A DNA stretch of 64,000 nt, from the IMG/VR virus record IMGVR_UViG_3300025816_000009, positions 1 to 64,000 of that record; one strand, written 5' to 3'. How positions within the stretch are numbered: the stretch's first letter is position 1; every line of letters begins with the position of its first letter. Below are positions 23,016 to 33,093 of this stretch, in pieces. This DNA comes from a virus. A model generated the notes under the pieces. The model searched no databases. It worked only from the letters and a program-made list of their open reading frames with translations, and was not told the DNA's origin. A program made the position numbers and the translations under genes.

Positions 23016-24092
23016 ATGGAAGTGAAAAAGATGAGTACAGAAGATATTGAGTTTAACGACGTTGTTGAAAGAGTGAAAGCGGCACTAGCGGGTGCGGGTA
23101 CAGGGACAGGGCAAGAAATGTTGCCGACTGAAACTGCTGACGAAATTATCGCTATAGTATATGAGAGGAACTTTATGCGTTCTCTATTCCCTGCTATGCC
23201 GATGAACCGAAGAATTATGAAAGTTCCAAAACTAACAGGTTCTATTGAGTTCCATGCTCAAACATTAGGAATGACAGAAGCGGGTACAGCATCCGCTGAA
23301 TCTCGTGCTACAACAGCAGAGATGACTTTAGAATTAAAGACCATGATAGCAAACGTACCAATCGGAAACTATCTAATCGCTTACGGTGTTGAAGGTCTTC
23401 TAACAGTTCTAAGAGATGACATCGCTTCTCGTCTAGCATTTAACGAAGAGTCATTGTTCATCAACGGTGATACAGTCATAACAAACGGCTATGTGAACAA
23501 CATCAATGGTCTATACAACGCAGGTACAAACCCTAGTGGTGTTGACGCAGATTCCAACGATTACCTAACATTATTCGATGGTCTAAGAAAGAGTGCAGGT
23601 AAGTCAGTTTCAGTTAGTGGAACTTTCGCACTATCTCACCTACGTTCAGCAATTAACCAACTTGGAGTTTACGCAGATAACCGCGCTGACCTTTCATTAA
23701 TTGTCCCTAGGAATCTCGAGGTCCAATTGCTCGGAATGACGGAACTTCAAACCGTCGATAAATATGGAGCAGGTGCAACAATTCTCTCCGGAGAACTTGG
23801 ACGCATTTACGGAATCCGTGTTTTCGCTACAGGTGTTATCGCTACCAACCTAAATTGGACAGGCGACTACGAAACAGGTACAGGAACAGTACAGGACAAG
23901 ACTGTTGCATTACTATTACAAAACCGTTCTCCTTTGATTGGAAACCCAACCGTTGCTGACAGAAGATTCAGTATCGGATTCCATGACGAACCACAGAAAG
24001 ACAGATTCTTGCTAGTACCAAAGCAAGACGTTGCTTTCGGTGTAAGATACACTGATGCAGTCTGTAAATTAACCGGAATAGCAACAGTTTGA
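23016..24092 (+). CDS. Major capsid protein (HK97 fold)
   Basis: LPTETADEII, EESLFINGD, FDGLRK, GRIYGIRV; follows the protease. Confidence 0.9.
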   Translation: MEVKKMSTEDIEFNDVVERVKAALAGAGTGTGQEMLPTETADEIIAIVYERNFMRSLFPAMPMNRRIMKVPKLTGSIEFHAQTLGMTEAGTASAESRATTAEMTLELKTMIANVPIGNYLIAYGVEGLLTVLRDDIASRLAFNEESLFINGDTVITNGYVNNINGLYNAGTNPSGVDADSNDYLTLFDGLRKSAGKSVSVSGTFALSHLRSAINQLGVYADNRADLSLIVPRNLEVQLLGMTELQTVDKYGAGATILSGELGRIYGIRVFATGVIATNLNWTGDYETGTGTVQDKTVALLLQNRSPLIGNPTVADRRFSIGFHDEPQKDRFLLVPKQDVAFGVRYTDAVCKLTGIATV

Positions 24093-24177
24093 GTAGGATA
24101 ATGTGGGGAGCAATCCCCCATTTCCTTCTCGGTCTTGTTTAGCATCGCTGATAAACCGTAAAGGGTGAGGTCAGTCT

Positions 24178-24861
24178 ATGCCTTCATCCGGTTATTTCTT
24201 TGGGCCATTAATTATTGGTCAAGCGACTGACACTGCCTTAGACTATTGCACATTAGCAGACGTCGAAACTTATGCGGGTGTTGACTTTTCAGAAGGGATA
24301 GGACCTACTGATTCACAAATTGCTACAATGATTTCCAATGCGTCTCGAGTTATTGACGCATATCTCGGAACTCAACAAGCCTCAACGGTCAGTGTTGAAG
24401 AGTGGATTGATTCTACGGTGTTCGGTGAACACGCAGTTTTGGGTCTTCGTCCGGTGGCAAGCATAACTAGCATTGAAGAATATGATGGGTCGGGTGAAGT
24501 TGCTTACACATTAGTACAGGGAAGAAACAGAGACACTGATGATTATTGGCTACATAATCCCGAAGCAGGGATTATCAGATTCAATTCGTACTTTGGAGAG
24601 AGAATCAAGAATCTATTGAAAGTAAGTTATGTTAGTGGGAATACAGAAGTTCCGGCTATGGTGAAGATGGCTACAATTTTGATGGTTTGTCGAAACGCCG
24701 CACGAGCCGCCTTGAATGATGAAAATTGTATGGATAGAGTCAAGGATATGTGGTACAGATTAGAAGATAATACGAACAAAGAACTTGATTGGTTTTTGAA
24801 CGAATTGAAAAAGCAAAAACTTGTTGGAGTTGCGACGTTCGGTTTGAAGGGGAACTATTGA
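24178..24861 (+). CDS. Head-tail adaptor (gp6/gp15-like)
   Basis: YCTLADV, ASRVIDAY, YVSG..VPAMVKMA. Confidence 0.75.
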   Translation: MPSSGYFFGPLIIGQATDTALDYCTLADVETYAGVDFSEGIGPTDSQIATMISNASRVIDAYLGTQQASTVSVEEWIDSTVFGEHAVLGLRPVASITSIEEYDGSGEVAYTLVQGRNRDTDDYWLHNPEAGIIRFNSYFGERIKNLLKVSYVSGNTEVPAMVKMATILMVCRNAARAALNDENCMDRVKDMWYRLEDNTNKELDWFLNELKKQKLVGVATFGLKGNY

Positions 24862-24871
24862 GGTCAATAGC

Positions 24872-25390
24872 ATGGCGATAACTGACGCAGGTGTTCCGTC
24901 AAACTCTGTTTGGTACGCAATCAAACAATTTATTCTGACAAATCTAACAAGTCCGAGTCCGGGAACATGGACTGTCTCTGTCAACAATGATTGGTTGGAA
25001 TACAAAAAAGCAAAAACATTTCAAGTTTGCATAGTTCCTATCTATTCTGAAACTCAAGCATCGACTTTGACAGGTGGAGCAAGTTTGACAGCAGGCAAGA
25101 TTTCGACAGCGTATTATCAAATCACTCTAACTCACCCCGACCGGGAATCGGCTCATGGTTTGTTCCGCAACACCGTGTCTATTCTGAATAATGAAACACT
25201 CTCAAGCCCACAGGCAGGTGGAGCGCTCACAGGCGTCGCAGGGACAGATTACCATTGGATTAGAATCCAAAAAGCCGCCGCGGGTGAAATGATTACATTG
25301 ACTGCTCCGGAATGTGGACCTGATGGTAAGCATGACAAATGCAACGGTTTCAGATATGATATAACAGTCGCAGTACGTTGGAATGAATGA
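24872..25390 (+). CDS. Putative tail terminator/neck protein
   Basis: Position after the adaptor; size. Confidence 0.45.
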   Translation: MAITDAGVPSNSVWYAIKQFILTNLTSPSPGTWTVSVNNDWLEYKKAKTFQVCIVPIYSETQASTLTGGASLTAGKISTAYYQITLTHPDRESAHGLFRNTVSILNNETLSSPQAGGALTGVAGTDYHWIRIQKAAAGEMITLTAPECGPDGKHDKCNGFRYDITVAVRWNE

Positions 25391-25425
25391 ACACGGTTAA
25401 AAGCCCCCAATAACCCCGGAACTAC

Positions 25426-25851
25426 ATGGCTCTCGTAGATTTGAAGAAAGCAGAACTCGTCGCTCTCGCAGAAGAGAACGGATTAGATACAACAGGAACT
25501 AAAGCAGAATTGGCTGAAAGACTCGATGCCGTCCTATCATGGGATGATGCAGAAGAGGAAGAAGTGGTTGAAGAAACCGTTGAAGAAGTAGCCGAGGAAG
25601 TCGTTGAAGAAGTAGTTGAAGAAGCGGCAGAAGAAGAGACAAGCGATGAACTTACATCATGGAAGGGATTCGATTTGACAGAAGGAGATTCTGACACTTT
25701 CTTGAAAGGACTTTACATGAAAGTTCTAGGCAGAGAAGTTGACTTAGGTGGTCTTCGTCATTACACATCTGTTCTTGATATGCACAAAACTCAAACTCGT
25801 GCAGATGTTTTACAAGACTTACTGAACTCCGAAGAATACAAGAACAAGTGA
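25426..25851 (+). CDS. SAP/HeH domain + acidic linker + DUF4214-like domain protein
   Basis: LKKAELVALAEENGLDTTGTKAELAERL; LYMKVLGREVDLGGLRHY...LLNSEEY. Confidence 0.7.
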   Translation: MALVDLKKAELVALAEENGLDTTGTKAELAERLDAVLSWDDAEEEEVVEETVEEVAEEVVEEVVEEAAEEETSDELTSWKGFDLTEGDSDTFLKGLYMKVLGREVDLGGLRHYTSVLDMHKTQTRADVLQDLLNSEEYKNK

Positions 25852-25957
25852 TTAGGCATGAATCCCGCATGGGAATTAATTTGCCTCTTCGAGTTTGTTG
25901 TTTGGATTGGATTGATTACCGATTGGTTTCTCCAAGGTAATAGAAGATGGTAGTTTT

Positions 25958-26134
25958 GGGAATGACCTTAGAAGGCTGAACGGATTAGGACATATTTCGA
26001 ACTATGCACCGACGTTGGAATAACTAACTCCACACCTTAGTCTCATTTCACTCTCTTTCAAGCACGTTATGAGATACCTTCACATTCCCGCCGCCCGTTG
26101 TGGTCGCGGGGCGACATAGGAACTAAGTTCCTAC
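25958..26134 (-). ncRNA. Putative structured ncRNA B
   Basis: G at TATA+30; 5' hairpins GUAGGAAC-UUA-GUUCCUAU and GUCGC-CCC-GCGAC; long-range GGGAAUG/CAUUCCC and UCUCAU/AUGAGA pairings; no ORF. Confidence 0.55.
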
Positions 26135-26158
26135 AAACTAAGCGAAAGGCTCTCCCCT

Positions 26159-26210
26159 TATTAATGTTTCGGTGTATCAATGTCAGTGAACCTCAATGAA
26201 AAGGTTTATA
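26159..26210. promoter_or_regulatory. Bidirectional ATTGA-repeat promoter cassette (inverted)
   Basis: tattaatgtttcggtgtatcaatgtcagtgaacctcaatgaaaaggtttata. Confidence 0.75.
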
Positions 26211-26234
26211 ACTGAAAGCCTGCCTCATTAGTTT

Positions 26235-26345
26235 GTAGGAAGACGCGACACGACATCGACCCGGACGCGCCCTTTACTAGACGCTGTTGAAAAATACTCG
26301 CATGAAAGGGACATGGATGGCGCTATTCACGCTCCGTCTTCCTAC
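26235..26345 (+). ncRNA. Putative structured ncRNA C
   Basis: Begins exactly at TATA+30; perfect 11-bp terminal stem GUAGGAAGACG/CGUCUUCCUAC; internal CCCUUU/AAAGGG. Confidence 0.65.
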
Positions 26346-26896
26346 GACTTAATTCTATCAAAGACCATCAACGTGTTTTTGAACCACCAAAAACTTGAGT
26401 CTTTTCTAATTTGTAATGTATCGGCGAGATGCAAACTGAATCCTCGTCTCGCCATCTCCGCGATTATCACTTCATTCGGTTGTTCGTTTACGTGATAATA
26501 TCCACCTTGTCCGGGAATTGCCCAAGATACAATTGCTCTGTTCAAACAAGTTTTACGGATGTTGTGAAGTAAATCTTGTTGCCTATTGGGTGGAATATGC
26601 TCGCCGACTTCTAGGCAGAGGATGTTCGCTCTGTCAAGTTCGACCAACTCTTCGGCCAAATCGACTTGGTGAATTGGATGAAATCTTGCGAGATGTTCTA
26701 GCGGCGTTCCTTCGAATCCTTCAACTTCGAAACCTTGCGTCGAAAGTGATACGCAATAATCTCCCGGTCCACAACCGAAGTCATAGATTGGTTCGTCCAT
26801 TGGAAAATATTTCCACAAGTTTTTCATAAGGTCGGGGTCAGAACCATGCTGACCATCCGCTTCTTCGACATTCCAAATCCCGGTCGGTCCTACCAT
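26342..26896 (-). CDS. Class I SAM-dependent methyltransferase
   Basis: YDFGCGPG motif I, LCLEVGEHIP, WAIPGQGGYYHVNEQ. Confidence 0.85.
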   Translation of the reverse strand: MVGPTGIWNVEEADGQHGSDPDLMKNLWKYFPMDEPIYDFGCGPGDYCVSLSTQGFEVEGFEGTPLEHLARFHPIHQVDLAEELVELDRANILCLEVGEHIPPNRQQDLLHNIRKTCLNRAIVSWAIPGQGGYYHVNEQPNEVIIAEMARRGFSLHLADTLQIRKDSSFWWFKNTLMVFDRIKS

Positions 26897-26900
26897 TGAC

Positions 26901-27287
26901 TCACTTCTTCTTTTTGGAGCGATTTCCGAAAGCCTTTCTTTTACCATCGGCTATGTCTTTTCGTTTCGCCATTTTCTTTGTTTCTTCCTTTAGTCTCTTA
27001 GTTATGACAGCGCCGGGTAAAACTTGTTGAGTAATTGGGTCATATTTGTAATAACCCGGATGACGTGCCTCACGGCGTTCTCTCATACAAATATCACAAT
27101 AGTGCGTTGAGTCCTTGGTATGTGAGAACTTTTGCTTGACACCTTCGACGAATAATGCTCTTTCAAGCGCTTCTTGTCTTCCGTCTCCATATCCCATTCC
27201 GATTATGCAGGGACGACCGTGAGTCTTGCATGGTTCTCCGCATAATTTTGTTGGCTTTGATACTCTCTTAATTTCTCGTTGCTCCAT
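26901..27287 (-). CDS. Hypothetical Cys-containing basic protein
   Basis: 128-aa ORF in the minus-strand operon. Confidence 0.55.
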   Translation of the reverse strand: MEQREIKRVSKPTKLCGEPCKTHGRPCIIGMGYGDGRQEALERALFVEGVKQKFSHTKDSTHYCDICMRERREARHPGYYKYDPITQQVLPGAVITKRLKEETKKMAKRKDIADGKRKAFGNRSKKKK

Positions 27288-27288
27288 A

Positions 27289-28596
27289 TTATATCACCCT
27301 TGACATTCCGCCTAGCGGATGTATTTCAATTGCAGTCTTCAATATCTGCTTTTCTAATTGGTCAGTTAGAACATCCCAATTGAAGTTCTTCTCGGCAAAC
27401 TTTCTCGCGTTCTCTCCGAACTCTTTTCTTTCTTCATCTTGTTCGTAAGCCGTTCGCATTTTCCAAGCGAGGTCTTCAATATCGACTAATGTCATATTGA
27501 CTCCCCATTGAGGTCCTGTAATGTGAGTAGAGGACTTAGCAATCCAACCGCGTCGTTGAGGTCCGTAGCCGACAAGTTCCGGACCTGTTGAGTTATCGGG
27601 AAGAATGATTGGCTTTCCGCAGGCCATGGCTTCTGCTGATGGAATACCAAAACCTTCTCCGCCTGTAGCCATGATATGAACATCACATGATTGGAACAAT
27701 CTCGCCATCTCTTCTGTTGTCAATCCCGAAAGTGGATTCGAACTTGTATCAGAGAAAGCGACGTAATCGCCTAAGTCGTATTGAGCGATAAGAGCCGGAA
27801 GATTCCAACCGCCCATTCCGAACGTGTCTGTCGGGTCGCCACAGTGTAGAACCAAGCCGACACTTTCGGGAACATCGGGATTGTAATGAATGAATTGTGA
27901 AAATGCTTCTAACAACCGGGGTATTTGCTTCCGATTTGTATTTCTTGCCACACTCATAAACACGAAATCCCACTTAATTCCCATCTTCTCTTTTAGTTCC
28001 GCTTTTTCCTCGTCGGTGATTGGTTTGAAAATATCAAGTTCGACACCGTGATACAAAACCGGCGTATCTTCTGTAAGATAACGGTCGAGGATTCCATCTC
28101 TGTTTTCAACCGGCCTTGTTCCTTCGGATGAATAATCTTTTACAAACTCGGTGAAAGTTCTTTTTCCAAACTTGCTCATCCACATCGGCGTGTGAACCAT
28201 TTTCAGAATATCCTTCCAAGCCGGAGATATTGGAAATCCGTCTATTGGAAGATAAGCAATATAAGGGATTGACATTTTGTTTGTTGACATTACCGCATGA
28301 CCAATATACCAAGGGTCAATTAAAGAAATGTAAATATCAATATCAAGTTTCTTTATTGTAGCCTCGAGAACTGTTGGGCTATTCGGTCCGCCCAAGTTTT
28401 CAGACCCATACCCGGAGATACCGGCGTGAACCATAGTCCATCCTTCGGGGTGAAGAAAATCCTCGCCGTTGTAATCCCAACCCATAACGAAAACTTCGTG
28501 GCCTTTGGCTACTAATCTCTTAATCAAGTTTCGACTTACGATTCCATATCCCGTTGGTCTTGTAGGTTGCTCGCTTCCCCATAGGATTCTCACCAT
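27289..28596 (-). CDS. GT4-family (GT-B) glycosyltransferase
   Basis: PTGYG, VARNTNRK, GEGFGIPSAEAMACGKP. Confidence 0.9.
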   Translation of the reverse strand: MVRILWGSEQPTRPTGYGIVSRNLIKRLVAKGHEVFVMGWDYNGEDFLHPEGWTMVHAGISGYGSENLGGPNSPTVLEATIKKLDIDIYISLIDPWYIGHAVMSTNKMSIPYIAYLPIDGFPISPAWKDILKMVHTPMWMSKFGKRTFTEFVKDYSSEGTRPVENRDGILDRYLTEDTPVLYHGVELDIFKPITDEEKAELKEKMGIKWDFVFMSVARNTNRKQIPRLLEAFSQFIHYNPDVPESVGLVLHCGDPTDTFGMGGWNLPALIAQYDLGDYVAFSDTSSNPLSGLTTEEMARLFQSCDVHIMATGGEGFGIPSAEAMACGKPIILPDNSTGPELVGYGPQRRGWIAKSSTHITGPQWGVNMTLVDIEDLAWKMRTAYEQDEERKEFGENARKFAEKNFNWDVLTDQLEKQILKTAIEIHPLGGMSRVI

Positions 28597-28627
28597 GTCT
28601 TTCGGTTGAAACCCACTACTATAACAG

Positions 28628-29173
28628 TTATGATTCATCAATGGAAGGGCCGGGCATATTTTGTTTGTCTTTCAATTCCGCCTTTCTTTTTTCTCGGACT
28701 CTTTGTCTTTTTTTCTTTTGAGACTTGCGTCGAGATTTGATTGCGTTTACTCGGAGCGGGTCATCAATGGTATCGAGGTCAATAGTCTGTTTTCCCCCAA
28801 CGTGTTCCGGACCCTTGCCGACAAGTTTCTGTTCGTAGTGATGAATCCGATGACAATTTGAACAGAGGATGTCGCACTTCGCCATCTCTTCTTCGATTCT
28901 TTTTCTTGAATATCCATTACTTACCAAGTGCGAAACGCCGGCAGTTTTAGTTCCGGCAACACGATGATGATATTCTAAAAGCCAAGGACAAGTTTCGCCG
29001 CTCAATCCACATTCCGAACAATTTGATTCTCTTCTGATTTCATCATACCAACGTCGAATATTCTTACGACGCAACGCAACTTCTGTCTTGCGTTTCTTTG
29101 CGTTATTTGCATAATAGACCTTCTGATAACGGCGATTGTACGCCCTTCGCTTATCAGCGTCCTTGTACGGCAC
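28628..29173 (-). CDS. HNH endonuclease
   Basis: CSECG...LEYHH...KCDILCSNCHRIHH; probable GTG start (MPYKD). Confidence 0.8.
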   Translation of the reverse strand: MPYKDADKRRAYNRRYQKVYYANNAKKRKTEVALRRKNIRRWYDEIRRESNCSECGLSGETCPWLLEYHHRVAGTKTAGVSHLVSNGYSRKRIEEEMAKCDILCSNCHRIHHYEQKLVGKGPEHVGGKQTIDLDTIDDPLRVNAIKSRRKSQKKKRQRVREKRKAELKDKQNMPGPSIDES

Positions 29174-29207
29174 GATTGATTCGAGCAAGTTTGAGGTTAT
29201 TTAGTGA

Positions 29208-29310
29208 GGTTGTAGAAGCCGGGGGAACGATTGCGGGTATTACAGGAGAGGACTTTCGTCTTACACACACACCGTCTTCTGTCTTCTTACCCCGGATTTC
29301 TTCTACTTCC
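29208..29310 (-). ncRNA. Putative structured ncRNA D
   Basis: G at TATA+30; terminal stem GUAGAAG(AAAU)CCGGGG / CCCCGG-CUUCUAC; GAC-GAAA-GUC tetraloop; purine-rich interior. Confidence 0.6.
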
Positions 29311-29332
29311 AATCTAAGCGAGTGGACTTTCA

Positions 29333-29386
29333 TTAATAAAGGTTTTCATTGAGAGGTTAAGACATTGAGATAAGGAAACCTTTATA
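29333..29386. promoter_or_regulatory. Bidirectional ATTGA-repeat promoter cassette
   Basis: ttaataaaggttttcattgagaggttaagacattgagataaggaaacctttata. Confidence 0.75.
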
Positions 29387-29409
29387 GGTGGAAACCTCTA
29401 GGGTTAAAC

Positions 29410-29706
29410 ATGGCAAGACAGATGGCGCTTACACAACAAATCAGAAACAGACTACCTACTCTATACTCAACAGATGGAGCGGGAACAGAAGCAATCGGAC
29501 AAGTACGATACTTTTGGGGAAGCAGTGCTTCCTTCGTAGCAACAGAGTTCGACGGAGAAGATACATTCTTCGGATATATCAGCGGTGTTCAAGAAGACGG
29601 ATGGACTTACATGAGCCTTTCAGAAATGTGGTCAACACACGGACGCTTCATGGGTACAGAGAGAGATTACCACTTCACACCAACAGCAATCGCAAACCTA
29701 CAGTAA
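29410..29706 (+). CDS. DUF2958-like protein (cassette-driven)
   Basis: LPTLYST...VRYF...ATEFDGEDTFFGY...WTYMSLSEM. Confidence 0.65.
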   Translation: MARQMALTQQIRNRLPTLYSTDGAGTEAIGQVRYFWGSSASFVATEFDGEDTFFGYISGVQEDGWTYMSLSEMWSTHGRFMGTERDYHFTPTAIANLQ

Positions 29707-29745
29707 GCGATTCCCTCATAAACCCCGAATCATCCTCGGAATAGT

Positions 29746-30147
29746 ATGGCGGTTCATGCGTTTACAGGAATCACAGGGCAAATAACAGTTAGTGGAACAA
29801 TAGTCGGTTTCGTTTCGGGTGATTTTACAGTAGCAAGAGCGACAGGAAAATACATTACTCTCGGTTCAAACTTGCCGACAGCGAATACACGAGGATTACA
29901 ATCAGTTAGCGGTAGTCTGACGAAAGCATGGGGTCTATCAGACGACACTCTATGGGATTGGTTTTACGGAGACACCGAACTTGTAATCGCATTTGACGCA
30001 GATGACCCATCTAGCGGCGGAACTCATACATACACAGTCTCCGGATGTGTTATTACAGATTTAGCAATTGAAGGCTTGGAAGCAGGCGCAGAAGGAGCAT
30101 TGATGATTAATGCGTCTTTCGAAGGACTATCAATCTTGAGAGATTGA
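29746..30147 (+). CDS. Major tail tube protein
   Basis: Beta-rich 133 aa (VSGSLTKAW, YTVSGCVI) upstream of the chaperone and tape measure genes. Confidence 0.7.
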   Translation: MAVHAFTGITGQITVSGTIVGFVSGDFTVARATGKYITLGSNLPTANTRGLQSVSGSLTKAWGLSDDTLWDWFYGDTELVIAFDADDPSSGGTHTYTVSGCVITDLAIEGLEAGAEGALMINASFEGLSILRD

Positions 30148-30157
30148 GTAAATTAAG

Positions 30158-30505
30158 GTGATTAAGATGACAGGATGGTTAAACTCCGCGCTCGAGAGGG
30201 CTTCGAACCCAATAACAGTGAATGTAGCCGACTTAGGTTTAGAAGTCGATGAACTACAGGTGAAGACACTTAGCGCCGCCGAGTTTCAAATAATGAAGAA
30301 AGACCCTGCCATATCAAACATGAACATCGCTGATAGGCAAGAATATATGGGCTTGAAAACTATCTATGAAATGTTAGCAAAATGCGATGACAGTTTGAAA
30401 TGGTCAGAGTTTCAAAAATTACCTTTACAATTACTTTCAGAACTAGCGTCGAGAATAACTGAAACCGTCGGAAACTTGGACGGTGAAGGTGTTTTGGGAA
30501 ACTGA
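30158..30505 (+). CDS. Tail assembly chaperone (gpG-like)
   Basis: Lies between tube and tape measure; ends in slippery G GGA AAC TGA. Confidence 0.75.
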   Translation: MIKMTGWLNSALERASNPITVNVADLGLEVDELQVKTLSAAEFQIMKKDPAISNMNIADRQEYMGLKTIYEMLAKCDDSLKWSEFQKLPLQLLSELASRITETVGNLDGEGVLGN

Positions 30506-30720
30506 AACTTGACGCCGAATCAGACGGCGGGCAGTTCCTCTATGGGCTATTGACCGAAATAGGTTGTACGCCTCAACAGTGGAGAGAAATGTCGTCAGAA
30601 GATACACTTTGGTACATATCAGCCCATAGTGAGAAAAACCGTCGCGCAAATGAATCGTCTCGTAAGCAATCGCAGATGGCGAAGGCGAGAAGTAATTTGG
30701 CGAAAAGTAGGAGACGATGA
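30496..30720 (+). CDS. -1 frameshift extension of tail chaperone (gpGT-like)
   Basis: GGGAAAC at 30496-30502; the -1 frame is open for 74 codons (GKLKLDAESDGGQFLY...TPQQWREM) up to the tape measure start. Confidence 0.75.
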   Translation, partial: GKLKLDAESDGGQFLYGLLTEIGCTPQQWREMSSEDTLWYISAHSEKNRRANESSRKQSQMAKARSNLAKSRRR

Positions 30721-33092
30721 ATATGGTTATGGGTGCAGGGAAAACGGCTGTCAATGCAGTTGTCTCCGCTGACGCTTCCGGTTATACAAAAGCCATGAAA
30801 GGAGTCGCCGCGGCAACAGGAACGGCAACTACGGCGGCTAAGGGATTCGGTGGAGCATTAGCCGGATTAGCCATCACCTTCGCAACTTTCTTCGCAGTTT
30901 TCAAAGCCATCGGTTTCGTTGTCAACACAGTCAAACTATTCATTGATTTTGAGGAACAACTTTTCCGCACAAGTGCGATTATGAAACAGTTCACACTTGG
31001 AGCAGAAGAACAGGCTATCGCCATGGGTAAACTAGAAGACGAAATCCGAAGCGTTGCGGCAGGTTCGAAGTTCACAGCGACAGAAGTCGGCGCTATGGCT
31101 GAAACTCTAGCGCTTGCCGGTTTGTCGCTTGACCAAATGAGAGGTGCGACATCCGATTTAGACACGGAAGCCGGAAATGCTCTGAAAACAATGGTTGACT
31201 TCGCGGTTGTTGCCGGAACAGATGTTGAGACTGCGGCGGGAATTGGTATTGCATCTCTCAAAGCATTCAGACTTGATATTCAAGACCTAGAAAGAGCAAC
31301 ATCAGTATTGGCAAACACCTTCACTTCTTCTTTCGTGAACCTACAACAATTGGGTGATTCCATGCGTTTCTTCGGTCCTACTGCGGCGGCGGCAGGTGTG
31401 AGCATATCAGAAGCGGCGGCGGCTGTAGGTGCGCTTGGAGACGCGGGATTGCAGGGTTCTATGGCCGGTACGGGTCTTAGGCAGGCAATCAACAAATTAA
31501 TCGCTCCGACAGATGATGCGAGAAGAACCATGGAGAGATTAGGATTTGAGTTTACGGTTTTATCACCGGCGGGCTTGGCGGCGAAAGAGGCACTAGGTTC
31601 GACAATCAGAACCATTGACGATTTAGAAAAAACAATTTCGTCAGCGAACATGGAACTCAAATCTCTGAACAACGAATTAACCGACATGAGTATTGAAGAG
31701 GAAAAGAACTCAATCAACATCGCAAGGATTCGTCAAAGAGCGGCTAGGCAAAACCGAAACTTGACTAAAACCGAAATGGCTACAATCAAAAGATTGGAAT
31801 CGGCCAATGAAGATTTAGCACTTGCTCAAAGAGAAGGTGCGTTGGAATCGAGACAAAGAGAAAGAGCGTTAGACAGGTCAACAGATTCGCTTGCAGAGCA
31901 GAATGACGCTTTCAAGATTCTCAAAGATACTGTCGATAGTCAAACCACAGGTGTCGGTAGTTTAGTCGATATGATAGAAGAACTGAATAGTTCCGGCGCT
32001 ACGACAGCGGAGATATTGGAAATCTTCGGTGTTCGAGGTGGTGGTTCGATATTGGCTCTCCAAGGAAACGCCGAGGCTCTAAGGTCAATAGCAGAAGCGA
32101 ATCAATTAGTATTCGACGCGACTGATATGAATAACACACTACAAGACCAATTCGTTAGACAGTTAGAAGGCTCAACGGCTTTCGCGCTTGCTGAAACTCG
32201 TTCGAAGTTCGAGGAATTATCTTTGGTTATTGGTGAACCATTTGCTCGCTTGATAACAATGGAAGGTGGGATTAAGCAAACCCTCGATGCGGCAATTGAG
32301 AGAGCGTCGGGAATGGGCGATGAGTTTCAAATGATTGCTGATTCGGTCGAGACTGAATTATTGCCTGCGTTTGCAGAGGCTTTCAAACCCGGCAACGTGG
32401 AGAAGTTTGTTGAAATACTCGGCGCATTAGTTCCGGAAATATTGAAAATAGTTGGGGTCATTGGAAAATTAGCAGAGATAATAGAACCAATACTCGATGG
32501 TATTTTAGCAGTTATGGAGAAGATGGCCGAGTTCAAAGATTTCGTCGGTGATGATAACGAGGATAGAGAAACTAGGTTAGTCGGGAAGGAAGGCGAAACA
32601 ACATTCGATTCTGTAAAAGACGTCGGGAAGATGACTGCGGCGGGAGCGGGAGTTGGCGCGTTGGTTGGTGGTCCTGTAGGCGCGTTAGCCGGAGCGGCTG
32701 TTGGTTTGGGTGCGGGTGTTGTTTTTGAAGTCGGGCAAGCAGTTGTTCATCATGGTGGAAATGCTTTAGATAATGAAACAGACATAATGGGAAATCCGGT
32801 AGGAATGCCGATGGCAATTGGTGGAGTTGTTAACTCTCCAATTACAGCATTGATTGGGGAAGCCGGTCCGGAAGCAGTTATTCCGCTCGATAGGCTTCCG
32901 GAAATGGTAAGTCAAATTAATTCCACAAGTTCGACCTCAAATACCGAGCAGGTGATTAACCTCACTTTCGACTCAATCAATATCGGGGCGGGAAACAACG
33001 TCTCGGCGGGAGATATAAGGCAGATTATTGAAAATGAAATGCCTAAGATTATACGCAGTTCATTAACAAGAGGCGTTCGGGGGGTGTTGTGA
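30717..33092 (+). CDS. Tail tape measure protein (TP901-like core)
   Basis: SKFTATEV...LALAG, GLQGSMAGTGLR, GEAGPEAVIPL. Confidence 0.9.
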   Translation: MNMVMGAGKTAVNAVVSADASGYTKAMKGVAAATGTATTAAKGFGGALAGLAITFATFFAVFKAIGFVVNTVKLFIDFEEQLFRTSAIMKQFTLGAEEQAIAMGKLEDEIRSVAAGSKFTATEVGAMAETLALAGLSLDQMRGATSDLDTEAGNALKTMVDFAVVAGTDVETAAGIGIASLKAFRLDIQDLERATSVLANTFTSSFVNLQQLGDSMRFFGPTAAAAGVSISEAAAAVGALGDAGLQGSMAGTGLRQAINKLIAPTDDARRTMERLGFEFTVLSPAGLAAKEALGSTIRTIDDLEKTISSANMELKSLNNELTDMSIEEEKNSINIARIRQRAARQNRNLTKTEMATIKRLESANEDLALAQREGALESRQRERALDRSTDSLAEQNDAFKILKDTVDSQTTGVGSLVDMIEELNSSGATTAEILEIFGVRGGGSILALQGNAEALRSIAEANQLVFDATDMNNTLQDQFVRQLEGSTAFALAETRSKFEELSLVIGEPFARLITMEGGIKQTLDAAIERASGMGDEFQMIADSVETELLPAFAEAFKPGNVEKFVEILGALVPEILKIVGVIGKLAEIIEPILDGILAVMEKMAEFKDFVGDDNEDRETRLVGKEGETTFDSVKDVGKMTAAGAGVGALVGGPVGALAGAAVGLGAGVVFEVGQAVVHHGGNALDNETDIMGNPVGMPMAIGGVVNSPITALIGEAGPEAVIPLDRLPEMVSQINSTSSTSNTEQVINLTFDSINIGAGNNVSAGDIRQIIENEMPKIIRSSLTRGVRGVL

Positions 33093-33093
33093 G

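Noticed and set aside
22254-25697. Ser/Thr-rich antisense ORFs (22254..22994, 25422..25697)
   Set aside because: They are reverse complements of Glu-rich coding tracts.
28628-29310. HEARO/OMEGA-like RNA-guided HNH system (ncRNA D directly upstream of the HNH gene)
   Set aside because: The HNH is a short ordinary viral type without IscB/RuvC features and appears to have its own promoter; the other RNAs have no nuclease neighbour.
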